64,000 nt of DNA from Eledone cirrhosa (taxonomy: Eukaryota): NCBI GenBank assembly GCA_964016885.1, contig OZ024741.1:187364001-187428000 (forward strand), given 5' to 3'. The position numbers and the translations under genes are program-made. Below the pieces are notes generated by a model, which did not search any database, was not told where the DNA came from, and was given only the letters and a program-made list of their open reading frames with translations. Shown here one piece after another: positions 1 through 11,437 of this stretch (positions are counted from its first letter, which is position 1; every line of letters begins with the position of its first letter).

Positions 1-1130
1 CTGAAATTTATTAAAACTACCATCCAAAATCAATGCCTACGATACAGACGTAATCCTTCAAACTAGAAAATCTCTAATGCGGTACATTTTGTCAAAGAAA
101 TGCACAGATGCTCCGTTCTGTGTCGGCATGAAAGCGAATTTGTGGAGCTAAGCGACCTCGTTAAATTATTCTTATTACTCAATCTAAAATACAACTTCAT
201 AGAAAGTGGTCTATACAGAGATTACACATTACTAAGCGTAAGAAATTATACCTCCAGTTCCACTGATTTGTTAAGAAATATAGTTTATCTATAACTGCTC
301 AAAGTCTTTTAAAAACTCGACCTTTCAAATTCTGTATTCTAGCGCTTCCCTATCCAAACCAGTCTCATAATTATAGACACATATAGATATTCAAACCACT
401 ATATAAACATTCTAAATAACCTCGTAAAAATGCATCTCTCGGGATATTAAACGGCTTACAACGAATAAATCGTTGAAAATAATACCCTCTATTAAAACCA
501 AGCTCTAAAGAACAGTGGCTTTCAGGAAAGGATTATTTACATTAGGTACACAAATAATCAAACTAAACGAATAAGATAAGTAAGTTGGTTTAATTCACCT
601 CAAAGCATAGACGTTGCTACCTTTATACAGAATTATTTCTACTGAAGACAGAAACCACCAAATATTTAATAATTATCACTGTCGGGCTAAGCTATATAAC
701 ATCGACTAAGTGCTCATCTCTCAAGACAACTGCAACTGTACCAATGCAGCTTTCTGTTCCATAAATTCAAAATCACTTATGTAAGAAGTAGTATATCAGT
801 AAAAGATCCTTATATCCATCTCCCCAGCCCCAAATCTACATTTACTTCCCGACAATGAACTGAAAAAACAATACAACATACCTACTTATTCAAGCAAGAT
901 TCTATGAACAACACACATATCATCCATTACAGTATGAAATGGTATATAATCGCGACTGTAAAACAATTCACTAAAGACCGAAAAAGCATTCCGAGAGATC
1001 GGAATTAATTCCCTAAAGACAGAAAGACCATGTCTAATCTAAACATCTGAAATCTGATATGCAAATTACCATAATAAACAAGCAGAGAGGGAGTATTCTG
1101 AAGCATTTAAAATATTTCAAATGTATATAA
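1..1130 (+). mobile_element. Degraded Penelope-like element remnant (RT and GIY-YIG region)
   Basis: ORF 100-294 has GLYRDYTL, matching GLYRDDIL of the PLE at 52627. AACTGCAACTGT (NCNC) near 728 matches the Cys linker before GIY-YIG in the other PLEs here. Many stops and frameshifts; boundaries approximate. Confidence 0.55.
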
Positions 1131-1293
1131 CATCAAACAAACATCCCATAATGATTTGCACCATTATTCTATCACTTCCCACGTTACCCTGCTACTATCA
1201 ATACGTCTACCAACAAATTTGCTGCAATCTAACTGCCGTTTCATCTCACTATATCCTCTACAGAAGTTTTAATTTATTGATTATTATACCTTA

Positions 1294-1483
1294 GGGCAGT
1301 GGATTTGCAGTATCGGTAGAGGGTCGGACGCCATGCTTTGCAGCACAGTTACGTCCCTTTACGGACTGAGTTCAAATCGCGCCGAGGTTAACTTTGCCTT
1401 TCATCCTTATGGGGTCGATAAAATAAAGTACCAGTAATACACTGGAGTAATTGCTGGCCTTGTGCCAAATGTAGAAACAATTA
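1294..1483 (+). mobile_element. tRNA-derived SINE, family A
   Basis: A-box-like GCAGTATCGG, B-box GAGTTCAAATC, conserved core GCCTTTCATCCTT..GGGGTCGATAAAATAAAGTACCAG, 3' end GCTGGCCTTGTGCCAAA..TAGAAACAATTAT. More than 10 copies in the window. Confidence 0.85.
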
Positions 1484-1595
1484 TACCCTAATTCTTATTA
1501 TAAATTAGTTTATCAATATATTTGATATATTGTTGGTATTCTTTTAACTTCTTTAAATGCTTTATGTAGATATGCATGTATACATACACACGCTT

Positions 1596-1633
<38 letters not shown>

Positions 1634-1638
<5 letters not shown>

Positions 1639-1758
1639 AACCAGTAAGACCCCGACAGCTGAGCTCAAGCCGTTTCGACGGCTAATTCTGGACTCTGAGT
1701 CCAGAATTAGCCGTCGAAACGGCTTGAGCTCAGCTGTCGGGGTCTTACTGGTTCCTAT
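1634..1758. repeat. Perfect inverted repeat with 62-bp arms and 1-nt spacer, inside a short insert flanked by (TA)n
   Basis: 1634-1695 is the exact reverse complement of 1697-1758; centre T at 1696. Confidence 0.95.
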
Positions 1759-1834
1759 TACCCACTCTACTACCTCAAGTATTGAGTACTTTGGTGCGTT
1801 ATGGTCCACCTGGTTCCTTACCACATTTCCTTCG

Positions 1835-1868
<34 letters not shown>

Positions 1869-2032
1869 GTATATATTATACACACAAACATACATACATA
1901 TATATATTATTACTATATGTATATATATATGTGTGTGTGTGCATGTGAATATGGGTTTATGTATTTATGTGTGTGCATACATAAATAATACATATAATAA
2001 TAATAATATATATATATATATATATATAATAA

Positions 2033-2222
2033 TAATTGTTTCTACTTTTGGCACAAGGCCAGCAATTACCCAGTTCATTACTGGTACTTTATTTTATCGA
2101 CCCCGTAAGGATGAAAGGCAAAGTTAACCTCGGCGGGATTTGAACTCAGACCGTAAAGGGACGTAACTAAGCTGGAAAGCATGGCGTCCGACCCTCTACC
2201 CATACTGCCAATCCACCGCCCT
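2033..2222 (-). mobile_element. tRNA-derived SINE, family A
   Basis: Reverse complement of the 1294-1483 and 38057-38246 repeat. Confidence 0.85.
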
Positions 2223-2259
2223 TATATATATAATAATAATACATATAGTACATATAGAA

Positions 2260-2825
2260 ATACAGAGACTTATACCTGGGAGTGTCGTGGTGGTAGATGC
2301 CTCAAACACCCCCCCCCCCCCAACGGGTCTTGTCAGAAGTAACCGTCTCCAACTAACCCCGCTGGATCCTCAAGCGTGACCAACCAAACTCATGGATGTT
2401 ATCCAAACATCTAGCTTGGGGTCTACCCCTGTTTCTCTTACCAGTTGGTTTCGCCTGTAAAATCTGCTCAGCGATTCTTCTTTCCCGAGACGTTCTAAAC
2501 CACATACCCATAGTATCGGAGCTGTGATCTCTCAATTCTGAGAAGTAGCGGTTCTACCTGGAGTGACTCTAAGATAACCGAGCTACGCAGTTTACCGAGT
2601 AACATTACTCTAAAGACCCTTCAGAGGAAACTCATTTTGGCCGCTTGAATTCTTTCGGTTATTACACAAGGCTGGAGGCTGAATTAAGTGCAATAATTGC
2701 AGGAGCTGATACAGTAATGCGCCAGCTTCAGTATTCAGTAGTCGGGAGAAGCGAGGAAGGCATAAAAGCCAAACTCGCTGTCTTCAATTTGGTTTTCTTG
2801 CCAACCCTTACCTATAGTCATGAAT
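2260..2825 (-). mobile_element. RTE-clade LINE 3' fragment with inverted 5' segment
   Basis: Minus strand 2670->2350 reads CVITERIQAAKMSFL...RRIAEQILQAKPTGKRNRGRPQARCLDNI, an RTE-like C-terminus. Plus strand 2671-2825 reads the preceding part, ...KAKLAVFNLVFLPTLTYSHE. Confidence 0.7.
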
Positions 2826-3210
2826 ATATATGTGTGTGTGTGTATGTGTGTGTGTATGTGTGTGTGCGTGTGCATGTGTGTATGTGTGTGTGTGTGTATG
2901 TGTGTGTGTATAATTATATAAATCATATATTTATATATAATTAATTATATAATTATATATATATACATGTATGTGTATATACATGTATATAGGTATGTGT
3001 ACAGATACGTAGATAACTACTTACATATATATACATACATTCATACATACATAAATACATACATTCGTACACACATACATGTATACATTTATACATGCAT
3101 GCGTGCATGCATACACACACACATATACATACATACATACATACACAGACACACACACATATACATACATACATACATACATACATACATACATACATAC
3201 ACACACACAT

Positions 3211-3241
<31 letters not shown>

Positions 3242-3320
3242 TACATACATACATACATACATACATACATACATACATACATACATACATACATACATAC
3301 ATACATACATACATACATAC
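2826..3320. repeat. Compound microsatellite (TG)n/(TA)n/(CATA)n
   Basis: Directly visible. Confidence 0.95.
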
Positions 3321-3667
3321 GACAAGTATGTTCCTATATAATACTGCGAATCCTATCCAAAAGAATACAATGTTCTCTTAACGATCCACAGGATGTTGAA
3401 GCATGACCGGAAATGAATATAGAAGCCTAGCAGGCAATAAGAAGGGGCGTTGGCCATATTGGATTTCAAATGCGTAGTCTCGCTTAAATATTTACGCTTA
3501 TATTAAGCAGTTGATGGCTTCGGTAAGTAAGTTTCTTTTTGACGTAAAGAAATACTTTCATTTCTTTCTGGATATCCGCCATTTTCCAACAGCATCATTT
3601 ATATATATACTTACATATATACACTCTCTCACACACAGACACACACACACACACACGCAGACACACA

Positions 3668-3745
<78 letters not shown>

Positions 3746-3817
3746 CGCGCGCGCACACACATATATATATATATGTGTGTGTGTGTATATACTCGTATAT
3801 ATATATATATGTGTGTG

Positions 3818-3867
<50 letters not shown>

Positions 3868-3916
3868 GAAAGAGAGAGACAGACAGACTGACAGAGAGAC
3901 AGACAAATAGATAGAT

Positions 3917-5845
3917 TTCTTTATTAGCCACAAGGGCGCAACAAGAAAGGGGACAATACAAAGACATGCCGGGGATTTTACATACAGTCGTGTAAAAAAT
4001 ATAAAAACAAACAATTTCAACAATCGAAATCCCCAATAGGGGGGAGGCGCCACAAATGGGTTGTTTAATACCCCGTCGATAGAACAACCCTCAACTCAAG
4101 GAGCGTGTTGTGCAAGTGCTCCTTTCTTCCTTTTGCTCTCTTCCTCAACCTACAGGCTTATAAACAGAGAAGGCCCATTCACTCGGGCCATTTTCGCTTC
4201 ATTCACCCACCTTTCAGTAAATTTACTGGGGTGCAGTGCCTCTCTCTCCACCCTGATTCTCCTTCTAAAGTGATACTTAAAGAATGGAATCAATTGTTGT
4301 CCGGAGAGAAAGGCATCTGTCCTCAGTCCTCTCAACCTCGTCCACCATATAACTTCTTTCACCATAGCCACCGTACAGAGGAAAACCGCCTCTCTTTCGT
4401 TTTTGAAAGAGTCTGGCGGTTTGATCCTTACTATGGACTCGGCAGTCAACTGTATTTGTCCCATACGCGACAGCAGTTGTTCTGCATAGTTCCACAGGTC
4501 GCTTACGCCCGGGCAGTGTACAATTGCGTGCAGAACTGTTTCAATGTCCTGCGCACATCTTGGACACGTCCTCTTGGAAGGATCCCTGCCAGGGCGTCCG
4601 TGCCTGTAGATCTTGTCACGAACCGGTAGAGCTCCTCGGTAGCACTGCCAGGCCAGGGACCTCTGGAAGTTGTCCATAGGTCCCGGGCGGAAAGTCCTAC
4701 CAAACATACTGGTGAGCTCATCGTCTTCGACGCCCAGAGTCTCTCCGAGCACGTCGTCGCCCTTGTAACGTACAATCCCTCTATAGAATGTCGAAGTGGA
4801 GTCTCCACTGATTGCTGCGCCCGCTTGCCAGAGGACTGTGAGCGCCTGAGCGCATTCAATGTGCCAGGCGCCCATCGTTTTCGGTCTTTTCTTCACCCAA
4901 GACTGCAGCTCCGTTAGCGAGACGAGCTGTGGGAAAGCCTGTCTCACAAACGGTGCACACACCGGTTGGGGGTCGGTGAGGAATACCTGGAGATGCCGCA
5001 GCCTCAGCGCATGTTTGCGCATCATCAGCCACGGCATTCCCAGCCCTCCGTTGGAAGGGTGCTGACAGCAGACGGATCTCCTCACCAGCGGAGCCTGCTT
5101 CTTCCACAGAAACTGGAAGAGCATGCGTTCCATCTTGGCGAGGTGTTCACGGGGACAAGGCACGACAGTCAAGCGGTAGTAGATGACGGACGCTATGAAA
5201 GTGTTCGCCACCTCCGCTCGACCTTTTAAGGATAGTTTGCACTCTGCCCACTTCTGAGTGAGTGCAAACACCTTGGCCGTGACCTCGTTCCAGTTTTTCT
5301 CCACCTGGAGGTCTGGACCGAACCAGACCCCGAGCAATTTCACCGGTCCGTCCGTCCAGCGTCCAACGACGCTGTCGGATGTCATCGGTTTGCCTCTCCA
5401 CATACCGAGTTGCAAACCGACAGACTTGTCTGGGTTTAGTTTTGCTCCCGTCAGCGTTTCGTATTCTTTCAGTATGTTGCCGATCACCCCGATTTCCGAG
5501 GTGCTCGACACCATTACTGTCACGTCGTCGGCATAAGCCGACGCCGCTTTGCGCAGTCCCGGTTCTAGGGGGATGCCCTGCAACAGCTCCAATTTCCGCA
5601 GTAGTGGCTCTAGAGTCAATACATACAGAATGGAGGAGAGAGGGCATCCCTGTCGAATGGAACGCGTGATTGCGAACGGCTCCGATAGGTAGCCGTTCAC
5701 CTTGACCCTCAAGCAGATGCTGGTGTGCATCGCCTCGATCCATCCTCTGAACACGGGACCGAAACCGGCCGCCTTGAGAACCGCTTCCAAGTATCGATGG
5801 TCGACCCTATCGAATGCCTTAGACTGATCCAAGGTGATAGAAGTA
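3917..5845 (-). mobile_element. 5'-truncated Tx1/L1-clade LINE (copy A) with 22-bp target-site duplication
   Basis: Uninterrupted ORF2 part: LDQSKAFDRVDH, IRQGCPLS, AYADDVTV, CPRCAQDIETVLHAIVHC. 3' end AATAAAGAA then ATCT repeats. AGAGACAGACAAATAGATAGAT occurs at 3895-3916 and 5846-5867. Confidence 0.92.
4150..5845 (-). CDS. Tx1-like ORF2 C-terminal part (RT and zinc finger), open but 5'-truncated
   Basis: ORF 4150..5934. Its first ~30 aa (YLSIYLSI) come from the flanking GATA repeat and are not real. Confidence 0.85.
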
Positions 5846-5857
5846 AGAGACAGACAA

Positions 5858-5904
<47 letters not shown>

Positions 5905-6142
5905 TGTTTCTTTATTAACCACAGGGGCACACAAGAAAGGGACAAATACAAAGGGGGAAGTTTACATACAATAAAAACATGTAAAATACTATCACAAATA
6001 CAATTTAAAAGTTAATCGATTTTTCCCCAATAGGGGGGGAGACATTACATATGGGTAACACATACCCCCGAAAGATTGTGCAACCCTCATCTCCAGGAGT
6101 ACGAAGAGTTTGTACCCCTTTCCTCTCGTCTTTTTCCTCAAC

Positions 6143-9100
6143 CTACAGGCTGATATAGAGAGAAGGCCCATTCACTCGGGCCATTCTCGCCACTTTCACC
6201 CACCTTTCATAAAACTTGCTGGGGTACAGCACCTCTCTCTCCATCCTGATTCTTCTTCTAAAGTGGTATTTGAAAAAAAGAATCAGTTGTTTGCCGGAGA
6301 GAAAGGTGTCTGACCTCAGCCCTTTCAACCTTGTCCACCATACAACCTCTTTTGTCATAGCTATCAAACAAAGCAAAACCGCCTCTCCTTCGTTTTTGAA
6401 GGAGGGTGGCGGTTTGATCATGACAATGGACTCGGTAGTCAACCGGCTTGGTGCCACCCGCGACAATAGTCGTTCTTCATAGCCCCACAGGTCAGTAACG
6501 CCCGGGCAGTGTATGAATGTGTGCGCGACGGTTTCTTCGTCTCGCACGCACCTCGGACAGATCTTTTTCGAAGGGTCCCTGCCCGGGCGCCCATGTCTGT
6601 AGATCTTGTCTCGAACTGGTAGAGCTCCTCAGTAACACTGCCAGACCAGAGACTTTTGGAAGTTGTCCATCGGTCCCGGGCGGAAGGTCCTACCGAACAG
6701 TCTGGCCAGTTCGTCTTCCTCTACGCCCAGAGTTTCACCGAGCGCGTCGTCGCACTTGCTGCGGACAAACCCTCTATAAAATGATGAAGTGGAGTCTCCA
6801 CTGACCGCCGGGTCCGCCTGCCAGAGGGCTGTGAGCGCCTGAGCACATTCGATGTGCCAGTCGCCCATTTTCCTCGGTCTTTGCTTGACCCAGGACTGCA
6901 GCTGGGTCAGCGAGACGAGCCGTGGGAAGGCTCGCCTCACGAACGGGGCCCACACCGGTTGTCCGGTGAGGAATACGTAGAGATGCCGCAGCCTGAGCAC
7001 GTGTTTGCGCATCGTCAGCCACGGCATCACCAGCCCTCCGTTGGAAGGGTGTTGGCAGCAGATGGATCTTCTCACCAAAGGAGCCCGCTTTCTCCAAAGG
7101 AATTGGATGAGCGCGCGCTCTATTTTGGCGAGCGTTTTGGCTGGACAAGGCACGACAGTCAAGCGGTAGTAGATGGCGGTAGCTATAAAAGTGTTCGCCA
7201 CCTCCGCTCGACCTTTCAAGGATAGTTTGCACTCAACTCACTTCTGGGTGAGTGCAAACACCTTGGCCGTCACCTCATTCCAGTTCTTCTCCACCTGGAG
7301 GTCCGGACCAAACCAGACCCCGAGCAGCTTTACCGGTCCTTCCGTCCAGCGTCCGATGACGCCATCGAAAGGCATCGGTCTGCCTCTCCACGATGCGAGT
7401 TGCAAACCGATGGACTTGTCCCTGTTCAGCTTCGCTCCTGTGAATCTTTCGTATTCCTTCAATAAGGTGCCGACTTCCTCGTTTTTCGAGGCGCTCGACA
7501 CCATTACTGCCTACGCCGACGACGTGGCAGTAGTGGCTCGAGAGTCAGTACGTACAGAAGGGAGGAGAAAGGGTATCCCTGTCGAATGGATCGCGTGATA
7601 TGGAACGGCTCCGAGAGGTAGCCGTTCACCTTGACCCTTGAGCAGATGTTGCTGTTGTGCATTGCAGCAATCCAGCCTTGAACACGGATCCGAAGCCTGT
7701 CGCCTCGAGCACCGCATCCAGGTAACGATGGCCAACCCTATCGAAAGCCTTAGACTGATCCAAGTTGATCAGGGCCCCACCGAAGCCGGGTTTACACCCT
7801 ACCCTGTCTATGATGTATCGCATGTGGTTGAGGTTGTCGTGTATGGACCTGGTCGGGATTGCGCTTGTCTGCGCTTCTCCCACCAGGTTTTCGACGACAA
7901 GCGCCAGCCTCTTTGCCAACACCTTGGCCAAAATCTGTAACTCTGTGTTTAGCAGAGTTATGGGCCGGAAGTTGCCTATGTCGTGCCCCTTATTCTCGTC
8001 CTTCCTGACTAGTGTGACTACGCCCCCTGTCACATAACTGGGAATTCTCCCGTTCTGCTGCCAGTTGCAGTACACCGCTTCCAGGAGACCGGAGAATAAG
8101 TCCGGCATTGCTATGTAAAATTCGTAGGGTAGACCGTCAAGACCTGGAGATTTGCGTTTGCCGCATTGGCTCAGCGCGTCCCCTATCTCAGCGGCTGAAA
8201 TCGGCTTTTCGCAGAACTTTGCCTCGCTGTCCGCGAGTCCCGGTAGGCCGTCGATGTATGGACCGAAATCCATGGCCCCTCCCGGCGCGCCGCCCTGCCC
8301 AAACAGTTGAGCAAAGTGCCGCTGAAAGGCCGCACACATCTGCTTCGGCTCACGTATCATGCGTCCGTCTTGGTCCTTCAAAGACCGAATCGTGGACTTT
8401 TTGCCACTTTTTGCCTCCGTCACTAGGGCCCAGCTAACATCTTTGGCTCCCTCGTTTCCCAGAGCACGTATTTTGCTTCTGACAACGCAGCCCTCGTGCT
8501 TTGCGTCGAAGAACTGGTCTAATGGCGTTCTCGTTGCTAGCACGCTGGCTACGTTGCCACTTCTAATTGCCTCTTCTACTTCATCTACCAGTTCCTTCTC
8601 GGTCCTATTTCTATCTAACGCTAATTCTTTACTAAAAACTAACGAGTCTAATCTAACTGCCCTCTTGAGAGAGTACCACCATCTGTTGTTGACAATGGCC
8701 CCTGTCAAGTGCTGTTTAACTAAAGTGCTAATCCGTCTACTGTAGGCTTTGCATGTCGGTAACGACAAGTTCAGCTTCCAGTAAACGGGTCCTTGTCTAT
8801 GGGTTCTATCAAGGTTGACCATGCAGGTTACTAGTTTGTGATCTGAATAGGCAACCATAAACATTTGTGGACAGCTTAACATGTACCTATCCTTATTTCT
8901 AACTAGAACGCTATCTAGGTACGATCTAGATGTTCCGCGTCGATTAGTCCACGTTCACAATGGCACAGTCGGAAAATCTAGTCGATATCTATCAGCCAGG
9001 TCAAATAGGCCGATTAACTGTTTGAGGCCGTTACACCCCCTTTATCGAGACATGCTCCCACATAGTTCCAACGTGCATCTAGGATTCCATTCCAGTCCCC

Positions 9101-9515
9101 CGCTAAAAGCAAGGAGCGCGACGTTCCCAGAAAAGTCTCTAGACGATTGAAGAAGTCTGGTCGCGGTGTCCCGGATGGGGCATATGCGGCCACCGGCCTG
9201 AAAGCTCCACCTTCACTACCGTCAACGTCTAGGACCACCAGTCGACCCTCCGGGTCCAGATGTACCGTCTGTGTTACGAGGCCCAGGGTTTCCGCAGCAA
9301 AACGGCAACCCCGCCCCCACCCCCCGGCTAACAGAGAGATGCGTAGATCTCAAAGTCATCGAAGATGGGGGCCAGCTGTCGCTCGCTGTGGATCCTGGAC
9401 TCGCAAATGGCTACTACATCCATACTGTGCGACTTGAGGTCGATTAAGAGTTTTCTCTGTTTCAGGGCATCCCCAGGCCGCGTACATTCACACATCCAAC
9501 TCTTATATTGGCCAT
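6143..9515 (-). pseudogene. Tx1-like ORF2 (APE endonuclease and RT), disrupted
   Basis: ATG at 9515 gives MANIRVGCVNVRGLG. Fragments include LLAGDWNG, SDHKLV, KSPGLDGLPYEFY, NFRPITLLN and LDQSKAFDRV. Several frameshifts; the YADD motif is inverted. Confidence 0.88.
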
Positions 9516-9530
9516 GTTGGTTCTGAAAAG

Positions 9531-11437
9531 TTAAAAGAAGATGAGAAGAAAACACTCACCTCTTCGTCTCCCGGGGACCAGGCCGCACGATTTCCATGGG
9601 GGTGTTAGAGGGGTTGTCTGGGTGGGTGGAGGTTTCCGGTGGGGTGGGGACGGAGATGTTTGGTAGGGTGGGGTGTCTGGGGTGAGGGTGGGGAAACTTT
9701 TTAAAAGGACGCGGTTAATGGGTTTAACACAAAGATTACCCACGTCCTTAGGAAAGTTTTCCTTTAAAGACTTATAGGTGTCCGTCGGGACCCTAATCAT
9801 CTTTAAATTAGGTTTGTCTACACAGTTCGAAAAAGTTTTCCCTTCGGTTTTCACCGAAGGGTCGTTGGAGATGAACTCCATTACAGTTTTGTTTTTTACT
9901 GTTTATGTATGTGTAATGTTCTTGTTGTGTTGCGGTGGTTTTTGTCTGTTGTTCTTGTGGGAGCTTTCGTTTTGTTGTAGGTGTTTGTGTTTGGAGTGAT
10001 GTCATGGTTTTGTTTTCGGGACGGGGGGTTTTTGTTTGTAATGTTTGTGTTGTTTGTGTTGGTGGTTGTATGTTTGTAGTGATGTTTGTTGTTTTTATGT
10101 TCTTGTGGTGTCTTTTCTTCTTTCTTTTAGAACGGAGAGGCTCTCCCTCATCATCACTTGGTGATGATGTGGGGGCCTCGTCCGTTGTGGTGTCTGTGTT
10201 ATTTGGAAGGGGTATATTTTGGGGAGCTGTTGTGTTTGTGGGGTTTTTTGCAGTAGTTTTAGGTGGAGTGGGTTGGGTGGGACTGTGCTTGCAGGTTGGT
10301 TTGTTGTTCTTGTTTTGGTTGTGTTTGCGTGTTGTTCTTGTTTTTGTGGTGGTGGTGGTGGTGGTTGTGTTGTAGTTTTGGGTTTGGCAGTAGTGCCTCT
10401 TTTTTTTTTAGTTAACTGAGGACAGTAAGCCTTCAGGTGACCACTGCTTAAACAGTGGTAACATGAAGGCCGCCTACCCTCAACAGAAATGTTTATGTGT
10501 GAAATTCCATCCAGAGGGGTATTTTAGCTATCCGTTCTGGCCTCATTTGGACCAGAACTTCCATTCTTGTACCATTGAATGTGCCTCTGGAGGACTTTCC
10601 CACCGAAATGATGGTGTCTTTGTCGAAATCGATGAAGCCAGTTAGAATCCACCAAACGTTTACATTTGGTGCATTGTTCAAAATTTTTATTTTTTTAGTT
10701 CTTTTTCCCATATATGTGGGGAAAAAGGTGTAAAGTGGGGACACAATCGGCGATACAGAATATTTTTGGGCTGTCAATTGGTCTTTCAACAACACCGAAA
10801 TGCTTCCAAAAAGTTTCCCTTTTTGGATGAAGGCAATATCCTTCATGGAATTCTTCAGAACCAGTTCAATATCGTTTTGGGATAACTGAACTGGTTTTTT
10901 CGACACATTTGAAACCGTCCTAAAAATTACTGTTTTTATAACAGTTTCTCTGCGTAACTGTTGAGGAGAAGTGATGCTGAAAGCACCACTCTCACCAAAA
11001 GTTACGTACTGTTTTGCATCGCTTAACATTTCCCTAGCATTGGAAATGTCAAGGTATGTGAACAGTTCCGTCTTTTGGACGGTTTGAGCAAAAGAAATCT
11101 TTTCCTTGTTCGTGTTGCTGTTGTTGGTGGTGGTGTTGTTGTTATCATTGTTGTTGTTGGTGGTGGTGTTGTTGTTATCATTGTTGCTGTTGTTGTTCTT
11201 GTTGTCATTATTGTTGTTGTTGTTGTTGTTCTGGTTGGTGTTGTTTATATTTTGCATGTTATTGGTGTTTGTGTTAGTGTTGATGTTACAATCAACGTCC
11301 GATATCGTGCTTTCAAAACTGACGACATTTTCGATGTCTTTCAATGAGGTGCTGAGAGGAGGTGACTGCGAGCTTAACTCTCTTACCGCCTCTCCACCAC
11401 TTCTAGTTATGAACGCAGCGTTTATGACTGAATGCAA
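9531..11437 (-). pseudogene. Tx1-like ORF1 (gag-like) with Asn-rich N-terminus and CCHC zinc knuckle
   Basis: ORF 10493..11437 continues after a frameshift into GRRPSCYHCLSSGHLKAYCP (CX2CX4HX4C, ~10420-10480), then a T/K/P-rich tail to ~9531. Confidence 0.8.

Noticed and set aside
2735-4087. YI/CV/HT-repeat ORFs (also around 21500-22700, 25400-25900 and elsewhere)
   Set aside because: Dinucleotide and tetranucleotide microsatellite translations.
5846-5934. N-terminal extension of the 594-aa ORF
   Set aside because: Derived from the TSD, the (GATA)n tract and the 3' UTR of the neighbouring copy.
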